64,000 nt of DNA from Patescibacteria group bacterium (GCA_035510735.1 DATKGN010000004.1:7436-71435), one strand, 5' to 3'; numbered from the stretch's first letter, positions 36,429-45,343 are shown. Notes: generated by a model not told the origin, from the letters alone. A program made the numbers and translations.

Positions 36429-39400
36429 ATGCCTGAAGATACCAACGAAAAGACGCCGATATTGCTTCTGAAGAAATTGTTAGAGGGGAAGCAGCCGCCC
36501 CCGGATCGTGGTGCAGACGGCCCGTTAACGGTTAAAGGCGTCCAAAGCCGCGATTTTGCCAGGCGTGAACAAAATGCCAAGGAATTGAAAAGCACCCAAG
36601 AGAGCAAAGGACCAAAACCTGAAACAGGAGTGAAGCCAAAAACGGAAGCAATTTCGGATAAATATAAGGAAGAGTTGGTCCGGAGCGGAACGCCGCTAAC
36701 GATAGAAAAAAAACTACAGATCATTGAGCATGAAGTGCCGGAAGCAAAAACGCTGGCCCTCAAACGACAATTTGAAGAGTTAAAGAACGAAATCCGCAAT
36801 AATCCTCAGGGTCCGGATTCACGGGGGAGAATACAATCTATCGTAAAAGGTATTCAAACCGACGCGGCTGTGGACAAAGACCTCAATGAGGTGGCACAGG
36901 AGATTACGCAATCCACCTACAACCACATTATGCGGAATAAAGCATATATGGTGGGCATCTCAATAGACGACCGCGCGGAAATGGGCGTGACATTTATAGA
37001 CGCCAAGTCTTCTCGTATTTATGAAGACGAGAATTATTTGCGCGATATTGGAGAAAACATACTCCGTCGGCCGTTAACAGCAGCAGATATTCAGGCTGAG
37101 GTTCAGGTTTCGGAGGATTTGGTAAAACATCTCAATGCCGGAGGTGATGAGGCGGATGTGGATTTGGTCGTTAAAACCATGCGGCCGGTTGAAAAATTGG
37201 ATGAAAAGACCGCCCGACAAAAGATTGCGGAAGGGCCCAGGTGGGTGAAAGATGCGGCAAGTAAAATTACCCGCGATTCGTACGCATTATCATTCCTCGG
37301 CGAGATGTCTGATGTGTACAAAATGAATCCTGATTTAGTTGATGATCCCACAAAGCTTAACCCCGCGCTATTGTTCACCAAAGGCGTACAGCTCCGTGTG
37401 GATAACGGTGAATTTTATACGTCGCAGGGCGAGTCTTCTGATGTCATGGCGCAAATGCAGGAAGGCACTTCAGTTCGCGATACGGTGGTCGATCAAGTCA
37501 AGCTGGCCATTGAGGGCAGGCCGATGTTTACCAGCGACCGCTGGGATGAACATTTATATCTCATGAGCGAGCCTAAGGCGTTTGCATTGGGAGCAGGAGT
37601 GGATTATGAATGGGATTCGGCGGCAGAACCCGTTCGTGCCGGCGCCCTGAAGGACCGTCTTGACGAATTTAATTCTTACGTTCACTCTCTGACCGGGGAT
37701 GTCGACGAGCAGGTTTATAAACTATACGGCGATTTACATCATGATTATCGCGCTGACTTGACGCTTGTTCCGAATCTTGTCGATAGGCTCGCAAAAAGGA
37801 TAGATGAAGTATCCAAGCTAAACGCGGAAAGACATAAAGCATTCAGCAACCTTTACTTCGAATACGTCGACCAAATGCCGGTATATCGGAACCCGGCTCT
37901 CGCTCTTCGTGAGACGCAGGACTATTACAATGAGTTGTCCCGCTTATATCCAAACACGTTCCAGGAATCGGTTGAGCGGAACCGTCAAAACATGATTTCA
38001 TTTTTAAACAGCCCGCATTTCCAGGCAGACTGGAAAGCGTTTTTTGACGATGATAAAAATTGGGGTTTCATCAATGAGGGCTACGACCCTGCGTATAAAA
38101 TTACCGTTAGAGCCGATCTTGATAAGCACCCTATGTATAAAGTCCTTAAAGATAAAAATGAATGGGCAAAATACCGTGGACAACTCGTTGACTCGTTCAC
38201 ACAAGGGGATTTATTGCAGCGCGGCGTCACAACGTTTAAGACTTCCGAAATAGAAAAAATGAGAGGCATCAATGCGTCTATCGGTGAGAAAGGGCAGATT
38301 ATATTACGGCGGGACAGAGGGGGGATCAATAATCGGGCATATTTGATTATGGATCGAAAAGGAGAATTTTCCCGTTTTGACAACGACGGAGATGAAGCGG
38401 TAGCGAGCGGACCAAATTTGAAACGGGCGGTGAATAAGGCGAAGCACGAAATGAAGAAATATAAAGAACATTATTTGCCAAAATTAGCGAAAGTATACGG
38501 TCCGAATGTTGATTTTGACACCATGGTAGATGCCGCGGTCGACGAAATGTATTCGCAGCAGATTATTGAAACGCGTCGCGCTGAGTGGATGGAATGGGGG
38601 GCGCCGATTTGGAAAGTTGGAGGGCAAAAAGATAACCCATTCATGTTTGCCGGCTTGGGCCCTGAAGCTAACGTGTTGACTGCCTGGCGCCCAATTGATG
38701 AGCTAATGGAACGCTGGGGGACGATAAGCGCTTCCGGCCGCCACGTGATTGAAGAGGCCGCTAAGAGCGATGTGATGCGTCTGAGTATTGATAAATATGT
38801 CGACCCCGCGTTGGACAAAATTGATCTGCGCACCGCGAAAGGAAAACAGGATTTCCGGCGACTTGTAAAAAATTATTTAGGAATTGTTGAGCCCGAGACC
38901 TCACCTAGATACGCGGCTATTGAACAGCAACGTCTTGTGTTTTTTGAAATTGATGAGCACGGGATTGACCTGAAGGAGCAATTACGAAATCCGACGTCAA
39001 TAGATAAATTGACCAAGAAAGACCTCCGGCGGCTGATGACGTTCACTCTGGCGAAACGCGCCGCAACAGACAGGGAGGCAACCGGCGCGTACCGGTATCG
39101 TTCGGCGTCCTGGAATGCAGACACGATGATTCAGGTTATGGACAAAAAGTACACTGGGCATAACGAAGTTTTATTACAGGAACGACTGTCGCGAAAAGTT
39201 GCTGATTTGTTTAACCCCGAAATTTCACATGATAGTATTGAGAATGCACAGTTTACTCTCACACACATTGTCCCAGAAGATCCGACAAGCGGAATGCTCC
39301 TTAAATTAGGAGAGTATTCGCCCATGCACGCGGTCGATGCGCTACAGTCGGAGTGTGATATTGAAATATTGGAATTTATTAACCGGGAGATTCCTGCAGC

Positions 39401-40490
39401 AAACCATGCGTATCATGATCCTGAAGAAGCAGGTCTCAACGCTATCGGTCCTGGCAGGCGAGATCTTTTTATGGAGCGTTTTATCATGCGTCAAGATATG
39501 ATAAATGCCGATTGTGCGGAAGCAGGAGAAATGCCCTGGAATTTTTCAAAACCAATCGCGGCTCACACCCCAAGACAAATAGCTATTGCAGCTGAAATAT
39601 GTCGGATTACCCAAACGGATATGAACGAATTTTTTGCGCTCGGCGGACGTATTTCAGAGCATGTTTTAGAACCTGAAACATTAGAGTCTCTCTCAAATCC
39701 CGCGATCGCGCAGTATTTTTTAGTCGTTCACGATCAGGATCCACGATATATAGAGTTAGATGACGGGGTCCCCGGGGATCCTGAATTTCAATATTCCCTC
39801 CAAATTGCTAAAGATGATTACGCAGGGAACAATGGAATCTATCGCAACCTAAACGATACAGTAAATGCGGCAGGTGGCGTGGTAAAGGATTTTAAACCAA
39901 TGGTTGAGGCGGGTGATGAAAAGACATTTACAGGGCATCGTGAAGCGTTTTATGCGATGACAGAAATGGTCGGCGGCTACAATACGAAAGCAGTCAATAA
40001 TCTGAAATGGACGGCAGCATGGTACGGGATGGTACGGATGGATTACGGGAAGGACATTGTGGGTATGAAGGGGGAACATCCATTTTTCCCCATGTCTGAT
40101 CACCAACGAATAGTGGGTATAGGCGGATTAGCCCTGCCTCTTGAGAAGGTGGATCTTGCATGGCATGCTGCGGACGTTGCAACAGGCGGAAAATTTCATA
40201 AATTATTTCCGCATTTAACTCATGTAACCATGAAACGATTGAACCTCATCGCCGCCGAGATTGGTTGGCCTAATTTTTTACAGGATTTTGGCAAAGCTAT
40301 TACGAAAAGGACTGGATGGAGGGGAGTAGAACGACTATTTCATCACAAATTTGAAATTCAGACCGTTTGGGTCCCGCGCGCAGTGGCATTGGCCGGTTTG
40401 GCCGTGTTATTATGGGGAACTCAAACTTGGAGTAATTTGAAAAAGGGATTTTCCGGGAACTCCTCACACGCACAACCGGAACACGGTTAA
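36429..40490 (+). CDS. Giant hypothetical protein (1353 aa) embedded in the T4SS cluster. It is mostly hydrophilic and helical, with one C-terminal TM helix.
   Basis: It is an uninterrupted 4.06-kb ORF. The N-terminus is charged and K/E-rich. There are no recognisable NTPase, relaxase (HUH) or peptidase motifs. The C-terminal TM helix is AVALAGLAVLLWGTQTW. It sits between the virD4-like and virB6-like genes. Confidence 0.6.
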   Translation: MPEDTNEKTPILLLKKLLEGKQPPPDRGADGPLTVKGVQSRDFARREQNAKELKSTQESKGPKPETGVKPKTEAISDKYKEELVRSGTPLTIEKKLQIIEHEVPEAKTLALKRQFEELKNEIRNNPQGPDSRGRIQSIVKGIQTDAAVDKDLNEVAQEITQSTYNHIMRNKAYMVGISIDDRAEMGVTFIDAKSSRIYEDENYLRDIGENILRRPLTAADIQAEVQVSEDLVKHLNAGGDEADVDLVVKTMRPVEKLDEKTARQKIAEGPRWVKDAASKITRDSYALSFLGEMSDVYKMNPDLVDDPTKLNPALLFTKGVQLRVDNGEFYTSQGESSDVMAQMQEGTSVRDTVVDQVKLAIEGRPMFTSDRWDEHLYLMSEPKAFALGAGVDYEWDSAAEPVRAGALKDRLDEFNSYVHSLTGDVDEQVYKLYGDLHHDYRADLTLVPNLVDRLAKRIDEVSKLNAERHKAFSNLYFEYVDQMPVYRNPALALRETQDYYNELSRLYPNTFQESVERNRQNMISFLNSPHFQADWKAFFDDDKNWGFINEGYDPAYKITVRADLDKHPMYKVLKDKNEWAKYRGQLVDSFTQGDLLQRGVTTFKTSEIEKMRGINASIGEKGQIILRRDRGGINNRAYLIMDRKGEFSRFDNDGDEAVASGPNLKRAVNKAKHEMKKYKEHYLPKLAKVYGPNVDFDTMVDAAVDEMYSQQIIETRRAEWMEWGAPIWKVGGQKDNPFMFAGLGPEANVLTAWRPIDELMERWGTISASGRHVIEEAAKSDVMRLSIDKYVDPALDKIDLRTAKGKQDFRRLVKNYLGIVEPETSPRYAAIEQQRLVFFEIDEHGIDLKEQLRNPTSIDKLTKKDLRRLMTFTLAKRAATDREATGAYRYRSASWNADTMIQVMDKKYTGHNEVLLQERLSRKVADLFNPEISHDSIENAQFTLTHIVPEDPTSGMLLKLGEYSPMHAVDALQSECDIEILEFINREIPAANHAYHDPEEAGLNAIGPGRRDLFMERFIMRQDMINADCAEAGEMPWNFSKPIAAHTPRQIAIAAEICRITQTDMNEFFALGGRISEHVLEPETLESLSNPAIAQYFLVVHDQDPRYIELDDGVPGDPEFQYSLQIAKDDYAGNNGIYRNLNDTVNAAGGVVKDFKPMVEAGDEKTFTGHREAFYAMTEMVGGYNTKAVNNLKWTAAWYGMVRMDYGKDIVGMKGEHPFFPMSDHQRIVGIGGLALPLEKVDLAWHAADVATGGKFHKLFPHLTHVTMKRLNLIAAEIGWPNFLQDFGKAITKRTGWRGVERLFHHKFEIQTVWVPRAVALAGLAVLLWGTQTWSNLKKGFSGNSSHAQPEHG

Positions 40491-40493
40491 CGA

Positions 40494-42035
40494 CTATTCT
40501 CCACCCCCACCATGCGAAGGAGGGCTTTTTTGGCCGGTTACGCGGTCCCATATCTGACTTGGCCAGAGAGACTTGATGTAATATGCCATTGATAGTGTTT
40601 GCAATGCTCCTCCTCCTGCCCCTCCCGTGTCGAACATTGGCATAACGGACTTTGCCTTGAGCGCTTCTTTGACCGAGCCTGCAACAGAGGGTATGGCAAA
40701 TAAGATGCCAAGCGAGATGAGTGCGCCGATTGCCGTTGTGTTACTTACAATACTCGTGTACGGCGGTACCCAAAGGTTTGTTGGTCCTCCTGAAATGCCG
40801 CCGTTTGAGAAATTAGCAAATACGGAGGAGAGCATAAACATAGCGCCTCCGATAGGGAAAACCGCGAGATTTGCTGCAAGATTTTTAATCCACGATGAGA
40901 ACGAATTAGATCCTGGGAGCGCCTCCATGAGTAATTGGAGTGGCGCCAATAGCAGCGAGATAATTATCTGGATATAAGAAGTAAGGAAGAATCCAAGCAA
41001 TCGAAGAAAGAGGAATAGTATAACGATGGCTAAAATTAAATGGACGAGCGGTAACCCGAGTCCGGCGAGACCTATCACGACTCCGGCTCCGCCTATCGGC
41101 GTGCCCGCGCCGGCAATGGCAGCTATTCCGCCGATAACTGCGCCTATAGAAGACACCATGAGGGCGGTACCGGAATTTACATTATAGCCCAAAAATTTAA
41201 GCGGGTTTATATCCACGTTGAAAAACTGTGCTCCAATGCCGCCCTGGCCGTAGAGCGCGTCATTTGTCGTAATATGATATATGCTTTGCACCTGCGCGCT
41301 CGGCGCCGGCAGATAATTTGGAATTGATTTAAAAATGGCAACGATAAAGAAAATAAGAAGATACATGATATCAATCATAAATCCGACGATTGCATAGGAA
41401 AATGTGATGAGGATAAGCGCGATGATGACACGGGGGATTGCATTTTGTGCCGTGACGACGGTTTTGGGATCAATTTTTTTCCTGAGCATGATCATAAACC
41501 CGAGAACGATCATGACAAGCGCCATAAGGAGGTAGGCGATATTCCGGAACGCTTTCCAGATGGGAAGAAGGGGTTCGAGGCCGCTGAATCCAATCCCTTG
41601 TGCATACGCCTGATCGGGGATAAATCCGAGAGAATGACCCATATCGGCTAAAAACAAACCGGAGTCGGCGGGTTTCGTTGTATACATGTCAGCAATAACG
41701 CCGCCAAGTTGCATTGCCGTGCTTCCGTTAAGGCACGTGGTAAAGTCTGTTTGTGTTTTTGCACCCGATATACAGACTGACTTGTCGATCATATCAGCGA
41801 TGTCATACGCGTTATTGGTGTTTTGGAAATGGACGGTTGATTCGGAATTAATCGAAGCCGTTCCATACACCGCGGCATTGGTATCTTGTGTAGTCGGGAA
41901 TTTCCAGGAATTAATGAGATTGGTGATAGCTGTAATCGGGTTTGCCGGGGCCGGTTGAGCAAAAACGACGCTTTTGGGTGCAAGAAATGCGAGCGAACAG
42001 AGAAGAATAAAAAACACGAGCAGACGTTTTAGCAT
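40494..42035 (-). CDS. VirB6/TrbL-like polytopic T4SS membrane protein with an N-terminal secreted domain
   Basis: It has a signal peptide (MLKRLLVFFILLCSLAFLAPKSVVFA) and an extracytoplasmic domain of about 150 aa. Six or more TM helices (LMALVMIVLGFMIMLRKK...IIALILITFSYAIVGFMIDIMYLLIFFIVAIF...) have interspersed Gly-rich loops. It lies immediately adjacent to the VirB2-like pilin array. Confidence 0.55.
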   Translation of the reverse strand: MLKRLLVFFILLCSLAFLAPKSVVFAQPAPANPITAITNLINSWKFPTTQDTNAAVYGTASINSESTVHFQNTNNAYDIADMIDKSVCISGAKTQTDFTTCLNGSTAMQLGGVIADMYTTKPADSGLFLADMGHSLGFIPDQAYAQGIGFSGLEPLLPIWKAFRNIAYLLMALVMIVLGFMIMLRKKIDPKTVVTAQNAIPRVIIALILITFSYAIVGFMIDIMYLLIFFIVAIFKSIPNYLPAPSAQVQSIYHITTNDALYGQGGIGAQFFNVDINPLKFLGYNVNSGTALMVSSIGAVIGGIAAIAGAGTPIGGAGVVIGLAGLGLPLVHLILAIVILFLFLRLLGFFLTSYIQIIISLLLAPLQLLMEALPGSNSFSSWIKNLAANLAVFPIGGAMFMLSSVFANFSNGGISGGPTNLWVPPYTSIVSNTTAIGALISLGILFAIPSVAGSVKEALKAKSVMPMFDTGGAGGGALQTLSMAYYIKSLWPSQIWDRVTGQKSPPSHGGGGE

Positions 42036-42074
42036 GTACTCTTTATTATTAACGATGCGCAGAGAACAGTCAAT

Positions 42075-42497
42075 CTACCTTTTAGGAAGAACTCCTGCGC
42101 CTGCGGATGGATTTCCTGCGGATGGATTTCCGGCTGGAATAGTGAACTTGAGAATCTGCGGTACGCCGGTGAATACGCTGATGATGCGGATGATGAGGAA
42201 CGCAGCGACAATGACAACAAGACCGATCACCGCGTTCGTGAGCGTCCCCCTGGCCTGTTCCAGTTTTTTCTGATCGCCCTGAGAAAATAAAAAGGAAAAC
42301 CCCGCAATAACAAACATGAGAAGAAGCGCAACGCCAGCTAGAGCGATCACGACATTGACGACATTGGTAAATAGCCCCTCAAGCGATTGAACGGTAGCGA
42401 CATCACCCTGTTGTAAATTCGGAAGTACGGCGGCATACACCGGGGACCCAAGAAAGAATACTAACGGGCTCATGAACACATGGACGACTTTACGCAT
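42075..42497 (-). CDS. VirB2/TrbC-like T4SS pilin-family small membrane protein (copy 1). The C-terminus carries a GNPSAGNPSAG tandem repeat.
   Basis: The core is ALAGVALLLMFVIAGFSFLFSQGDQKKLEQARGTLTNAVIGLVVIVAAFLIIRII. The motif is shared with the other copies (two hydrophobic helices flanking the G-D-x-K-K/x-L-E/x-A-R loop). Confidence 0.6.
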   Translation of the reverse strand: MRKVVHVFMSPLVFFLGSPVYAAVLPNLQQGDVATVQSLEGLFTNVVNVVIALAGVALLLMFVIAGFSFLFSQGDQKKLEQARGTLTNAVIGLVVIVAAFLIIRIISVFTGVPQILKFTIPAGNPSAGNPSAGAGVLPKR

Positions 42498-42549
42498 ACC
42501 AATATTGTAGCAGATATGAGTAGACCCAGAGAAAGAATTTACGTCTTAT

Positions 42550-42888
42550 TTAATTGCCGTATGGTTTCGGGAAGTTAAGCGCTCCGCCGATGATCGTGAC
42601 GCCCAGGAAGTTCTGGACCAAGAGCATCACCGCCCACGCCGCGCCGACGATGATGAGTCCGACGATGGCATGAGTAATTTTATTGCGAGCTGCCTCCATA
42701 CCGGCCTTATCGCCGCCGGAGGTTATCCACTGGATACCTCCCAGGATTAGGAAGAAAAATGCTAAAAGTGCAGCGATGATAAGGAGTGTGCCGACGAGAG
42801 CACTGATAAGCTGACCGATGTCAGTAATCCGGAAATTACCCGGTGTCGGGATATTAATTGTCGGATCAGCTGCAAATACCTTAAACAT
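42550..42888 (-). CDS. VirB2-like pilin-family protein (copy 2)
   Basis: LLAFFFLILGGIQWITSGGDKAGMEAARNKITHAIVGLIIVGAAWAVMLLV. Confidence 0.6.
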   Translation of the reverse strand: MFKVFAADPTINIPTPGNFRITDIGQLISALVGTLLIIAALLAFFFLILGGIQWITSGGDKAGMEAARNKITHAIVGLIIVGAAWAVMLLVQNFLGVTIIGGALNFPKPYGN

Positions 42889-42990
42889 ATCATTCCTCCT
42901 TAATTATCTCTTCGTGTAGTATACCGTACTTACTCTATTGTTGCGCAAACATTCGCCGGTTGTCAACAGTATTTTTTCGAATTCCCATCA

Positions 42991-43356
42991 TTATTGACCC
43001 GGGACAGCCGTTGGTATCGGGAGTTTTGTCAGATCGAGTCCAAAGAAATTGGCGATCAACACGGAGAGCGCCCACGCGGCGCCGACAACAACTAATCCGA
43101 TGATCGCGTTGGTTATTTCATCCCGCGCCTTTTCCAGTTTCGTTTTATCGCCGCCTGAGGTAATCCATGTAAATCCGCCCATGACTAAAAAGATGAGCGA
43201 GAGAAGAAAGCCGGCGATAAACAGCGCGCCGACAAGCCCACTGACCAAACCGCCGAGCGCCGAACCACCCTGATCCTGACTCGTGGAGATCTTGGTCCCG
43301 CCGAGACCCGTCGGGAGTACAGGATTCACGATCTGGGCAAGTAGGTGGGTAATCAT
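42991..43356 (-). CDS. VirB2-like pilin-family protein (copy 3)
   Basis: FIAGFLLSLIFLVMGGFTWITSGGDKTKLEKARDEITNAIIGLVVVGAAWALSVLI. The start was placed at an internal Met to remove the overlap with copy 4. Confidence 0.6.
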   Translation of the reverse strand: MITHLLAQIVNPVLPTGLGGTKISTSQDQGGSALGGLVSGLVGALFIAGFLLSLIFLVMGGFTWITSGGDKTKLEKARDEITNAIIGLVVVGAAWALSVLIANFFGLDLTKLPIPTAVPGQ

Positions 43357-43360
43357 AAGA

Positions 43361-43732
43361 TTAGTGTATTTGTAAGTTTGTAATAAATGCTCCCGGATCG
43401 ACAAGTGTATTAAATCCAAAGAACTGGCCGACCACAGCGGTCAGGCTCCATGCACCAACGACGATCACAAGGCCGATAAACGCATGAACGATGCGGTCCC
43501 GTGCGCTTGCTATTTTTTTGGTATCGCCGCCTGCCGACGTCCATTCGTAGCCGGCGAAAAGGATCATGAATAAAAACCAGATGCTCGCACAGATCGTCAG
43601 CATGCCGACAATAGAACTGATAATATTCAAAATACCAGTCAAACCTGCGTTTGGGCCAACGCTTTTACCGAATGGGCCTAATCCTTCTCCTCCGATTGTT
43701 CCAAGTCCTGTACCCTGTGCTAAGAGTTTCAT
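43361..43732 (-). CDS. VirB2-like pilin-family protein (copy 4)
   Basis: ASIWFLFMILFAGYEWTSAGGDTKKIASARDRIVHAFIGLVIVVGAWSLTAVV. Confidence 0.6.
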   Translation of the reverse strand: MKLLAQGTGLGTIGGEGLGPFGKSVGPNAGLTGILNIISSIVGMLTICASIWFLFMILFAGYEWTSAGGDTKKIASARDRIVHAFIGLVIVVGAWSLTAVVGQFFGFNTLVDPGAFITNLQIH

Positions 43733-43738
43733 ATGTGT

Positions 43739-44083
43739 TTATTGTCCCGGGCCGTATATAGTCGGTGACAGGATGAATGTTGCGCTTCCAAATACGATTT
43801 GGCCGACGAGTGCGGCAAGCGCAAACGATCCGATGACGATAATAATTCCAAGGAGCGAGTACCAAATGCGGTCAAGAGCAGCAGATAGAGCCTTAGAATC
43901 ACCCGCAGCACTCATGTATTGGAATCCGGCGATGATGAAGTTAATAAACGCGTAGATGCCGGCGATCACGAAAACAAGGCGCAAAATATTCGTAAAAAAT
44001 AAAATAAGCCCACCATTCGCGCCCGTGAGGCTTTGATATGGTCCGGGAAGCGGATTTGTGACATGACCGACAATTTGATCCAT
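43739..44083 (-). CDS. VirB2-like pilin-family protein (copy 5)
   Basis: IAGIYAFINFIIAGFQYMSAAGDSKALSAALDRIWYSLLGIIIVIGSFALAALV. Confidence 0.6.
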   Translation of the reverse strand: MDQIVGHVTNPLPGPYQSLTGANGGLILFFTNILRLVFVIAGIYAFINFIIAGFQYMSAAGDSKALSAALDRIWYSLLGIIIVIGSFALAALVGQIVFGSATFILSPTIYGPGQ

Positions 44084-44086
44084 AGG

Positions 44087-44398
44087 TTATTTCGGCAATA
44101 GAATAAGTCCTGTTAATTTTTCAACAATTTGTATAATCCAGAATGATCCGACGATGATGATAAGCCCTATGACAGCACCCGTGATTGCTTTTTTACCTTC
44201 CTCCAGCTTCTTCGTGTCACCGGATCCTCCTGCCATTATCATACCAAATCCACCGAAGACCAACAAAGCAAACATAATAACTCCGGCGATGACGAATGCG
44301 TTTTTTGCAACAACCGTCACAAGACTCCCGATATCGGTGAAATGGGTAATGGAGGGGAATGAGCTCTGGAGGTCGACTTCCGCATAAACCTGCTGCAT
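44087..44398 (-). CDS. VirB2-like pilin-family protein (copy 6)
   Basis: AGVIMFALLVFGGFGMIMAGGSGDTKKLEEGKKAITGAVIGLIIIVGSFWIIQIV. Confidence 0.6.
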   Translation of the reverse strand: MQQVYAEVDLQSSFPSITHFTDIGSLVTVVAKNAFVIAGVIMFALLVFGGFGMIMAGGSGDTKKLEEGKKAITGAVIGLIIIVGSFWIIQIVEKLTGLILLPK

Positions 44399-44477
44399 AG
44401 AATTAAGTGTAGTTGCTTTCCGTTTGCTTTGTCAACAACGTCCAAATTGTGGTATAGTGCATGAGTCAGACTCACTT

Positions 44478-45029
44478 ATGACAGATCAGCGGGACGAACG
44501 TGATCTTGTTGCAAAAATTCTGGCGCGGGATCGGCGGGCGTTGTCTTTTTTTTACCGCCACTATACCCCGCGGCTTTCGGCGCTTATCCGGCAAAAAATT
44601 GACAATCAAGGTGACGCCGAAGAGGTTCTCCAGGATACTCTGTTTGCATTTTTGGAGGCTATCCGTGATTTTCAGGGAAATAGCCAGCTTTCGACATTTC
44701 TCTATGCGATCGGGAATCATAAAATCATCGATTATTACAGGCGAAGAAAGTTGCGACAGGTTGTTTTTTCCAGAACGCCCAACCTTGAGGCACTTATCTC
44801 ACCAATGCTCAATCCTGAGGAGGAGCTTGATACGACCATCATGAAAGAAAAAATTCACCGCGTGCTTGCGAGGATCATGCCTCGGTATCGGCAACTCATC
44901 GTTTCCAAATACGAGGAGGATTTATCGGTTGCTGAGATTGCAAAAAAGTTTGCATTATCACTAAAAGGCGCTGAATCACAGTTGTTCCGTGCGAGAAAAG
45001 CATTTGTAGCGTTATTTTTATCGATATAG
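44478..45029 (+). CDS. ECF-type RNA polymerase sigma factor (sigma-70 family, group 4)
   Basis: Region 2 is EEVLQDTLFAFLEAIRDFQGNSQLSTFLYAIGNHKIIDYYRR. Region 4 HTH is LSVAEIAKKFALSLKGAESQLFRARKAF. The ORF starts at 44424. The start was placed at ATG 44478. A TTGTCA-18-TATAGT promoter-like pair lies at about 44431-44461. Confidence 0.85.
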   Translation: MTDQRDERDLVAKILARDRRALSFFYRHYTPRLSALIRQKIDNQGDAEEVLQDTLFAFLEAIRDFQGNSQLSTFLYAIGNHKIIDYYRRRKLRQVVFSRTPNLEALISPMLNPEEELDTTIMKEKIHRVLARIMPRYRQLIVSKYEEDLSVAEIAKKFALSLKGAESQLFRARKAFVALFLSI

Positions 45030-45112
45030 ATTTCATTGTCATTCCGGGCTTGACCCGGAATCTACCAAAAAGATAGATCCCGGCTCAAGGGCCGGGACGA
45101 CGAAAAAACTGT

Positions 45113-45343
45113 ATGAATAGCGATCTTTATCGTCGATTTGTAAAGCGTTGGGAAGAAGTAACTGATCTGCCGCCTCAAACGGTCGGGCCTCTGACACCGT
45201 TTTATAAATCGTTCGTGGGTAGGCTCAAGGTGATGCCCTGGCCGCTTCTTGTATTTGGCTCATTAGTTCTGGTCGTTGGCCTCTACGTTTTATTGGGCTC
45301 TGCGGTAACGCTTCTTGTCACGATACTCCAGAGAGGATTTTAA
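45113..45343 (+). CDS. Small single-pass membrane protein, a candidate anti-sigma factor for the adjacent ECF sigma
   Basis: 76 aa, with a cytoplasmic N-terminus and one TM helix (LLVFGSLVLVVGLYVLLGSAVTLLV). The assignment rests on position only. Confidence 0.35.
   Translation: MNSDLYRRFVKRWEEVTDLPPQTVGPLTPFYKSFVGRLKVMPWPLLVFGSLVLVVGLYVLLGSAVTLLVTILQRGF

Noticed and set aside
25133-44398. Calling the T4SS cluster an integrative conjugative element or prophage
   Set aside because: There is no integrase, relaxase, oriT, flanking att-like direct repeats, or phage structural genes. Housekeeping nadD is embedded. It is treated as a chromosomal T4SS-like locus instead.
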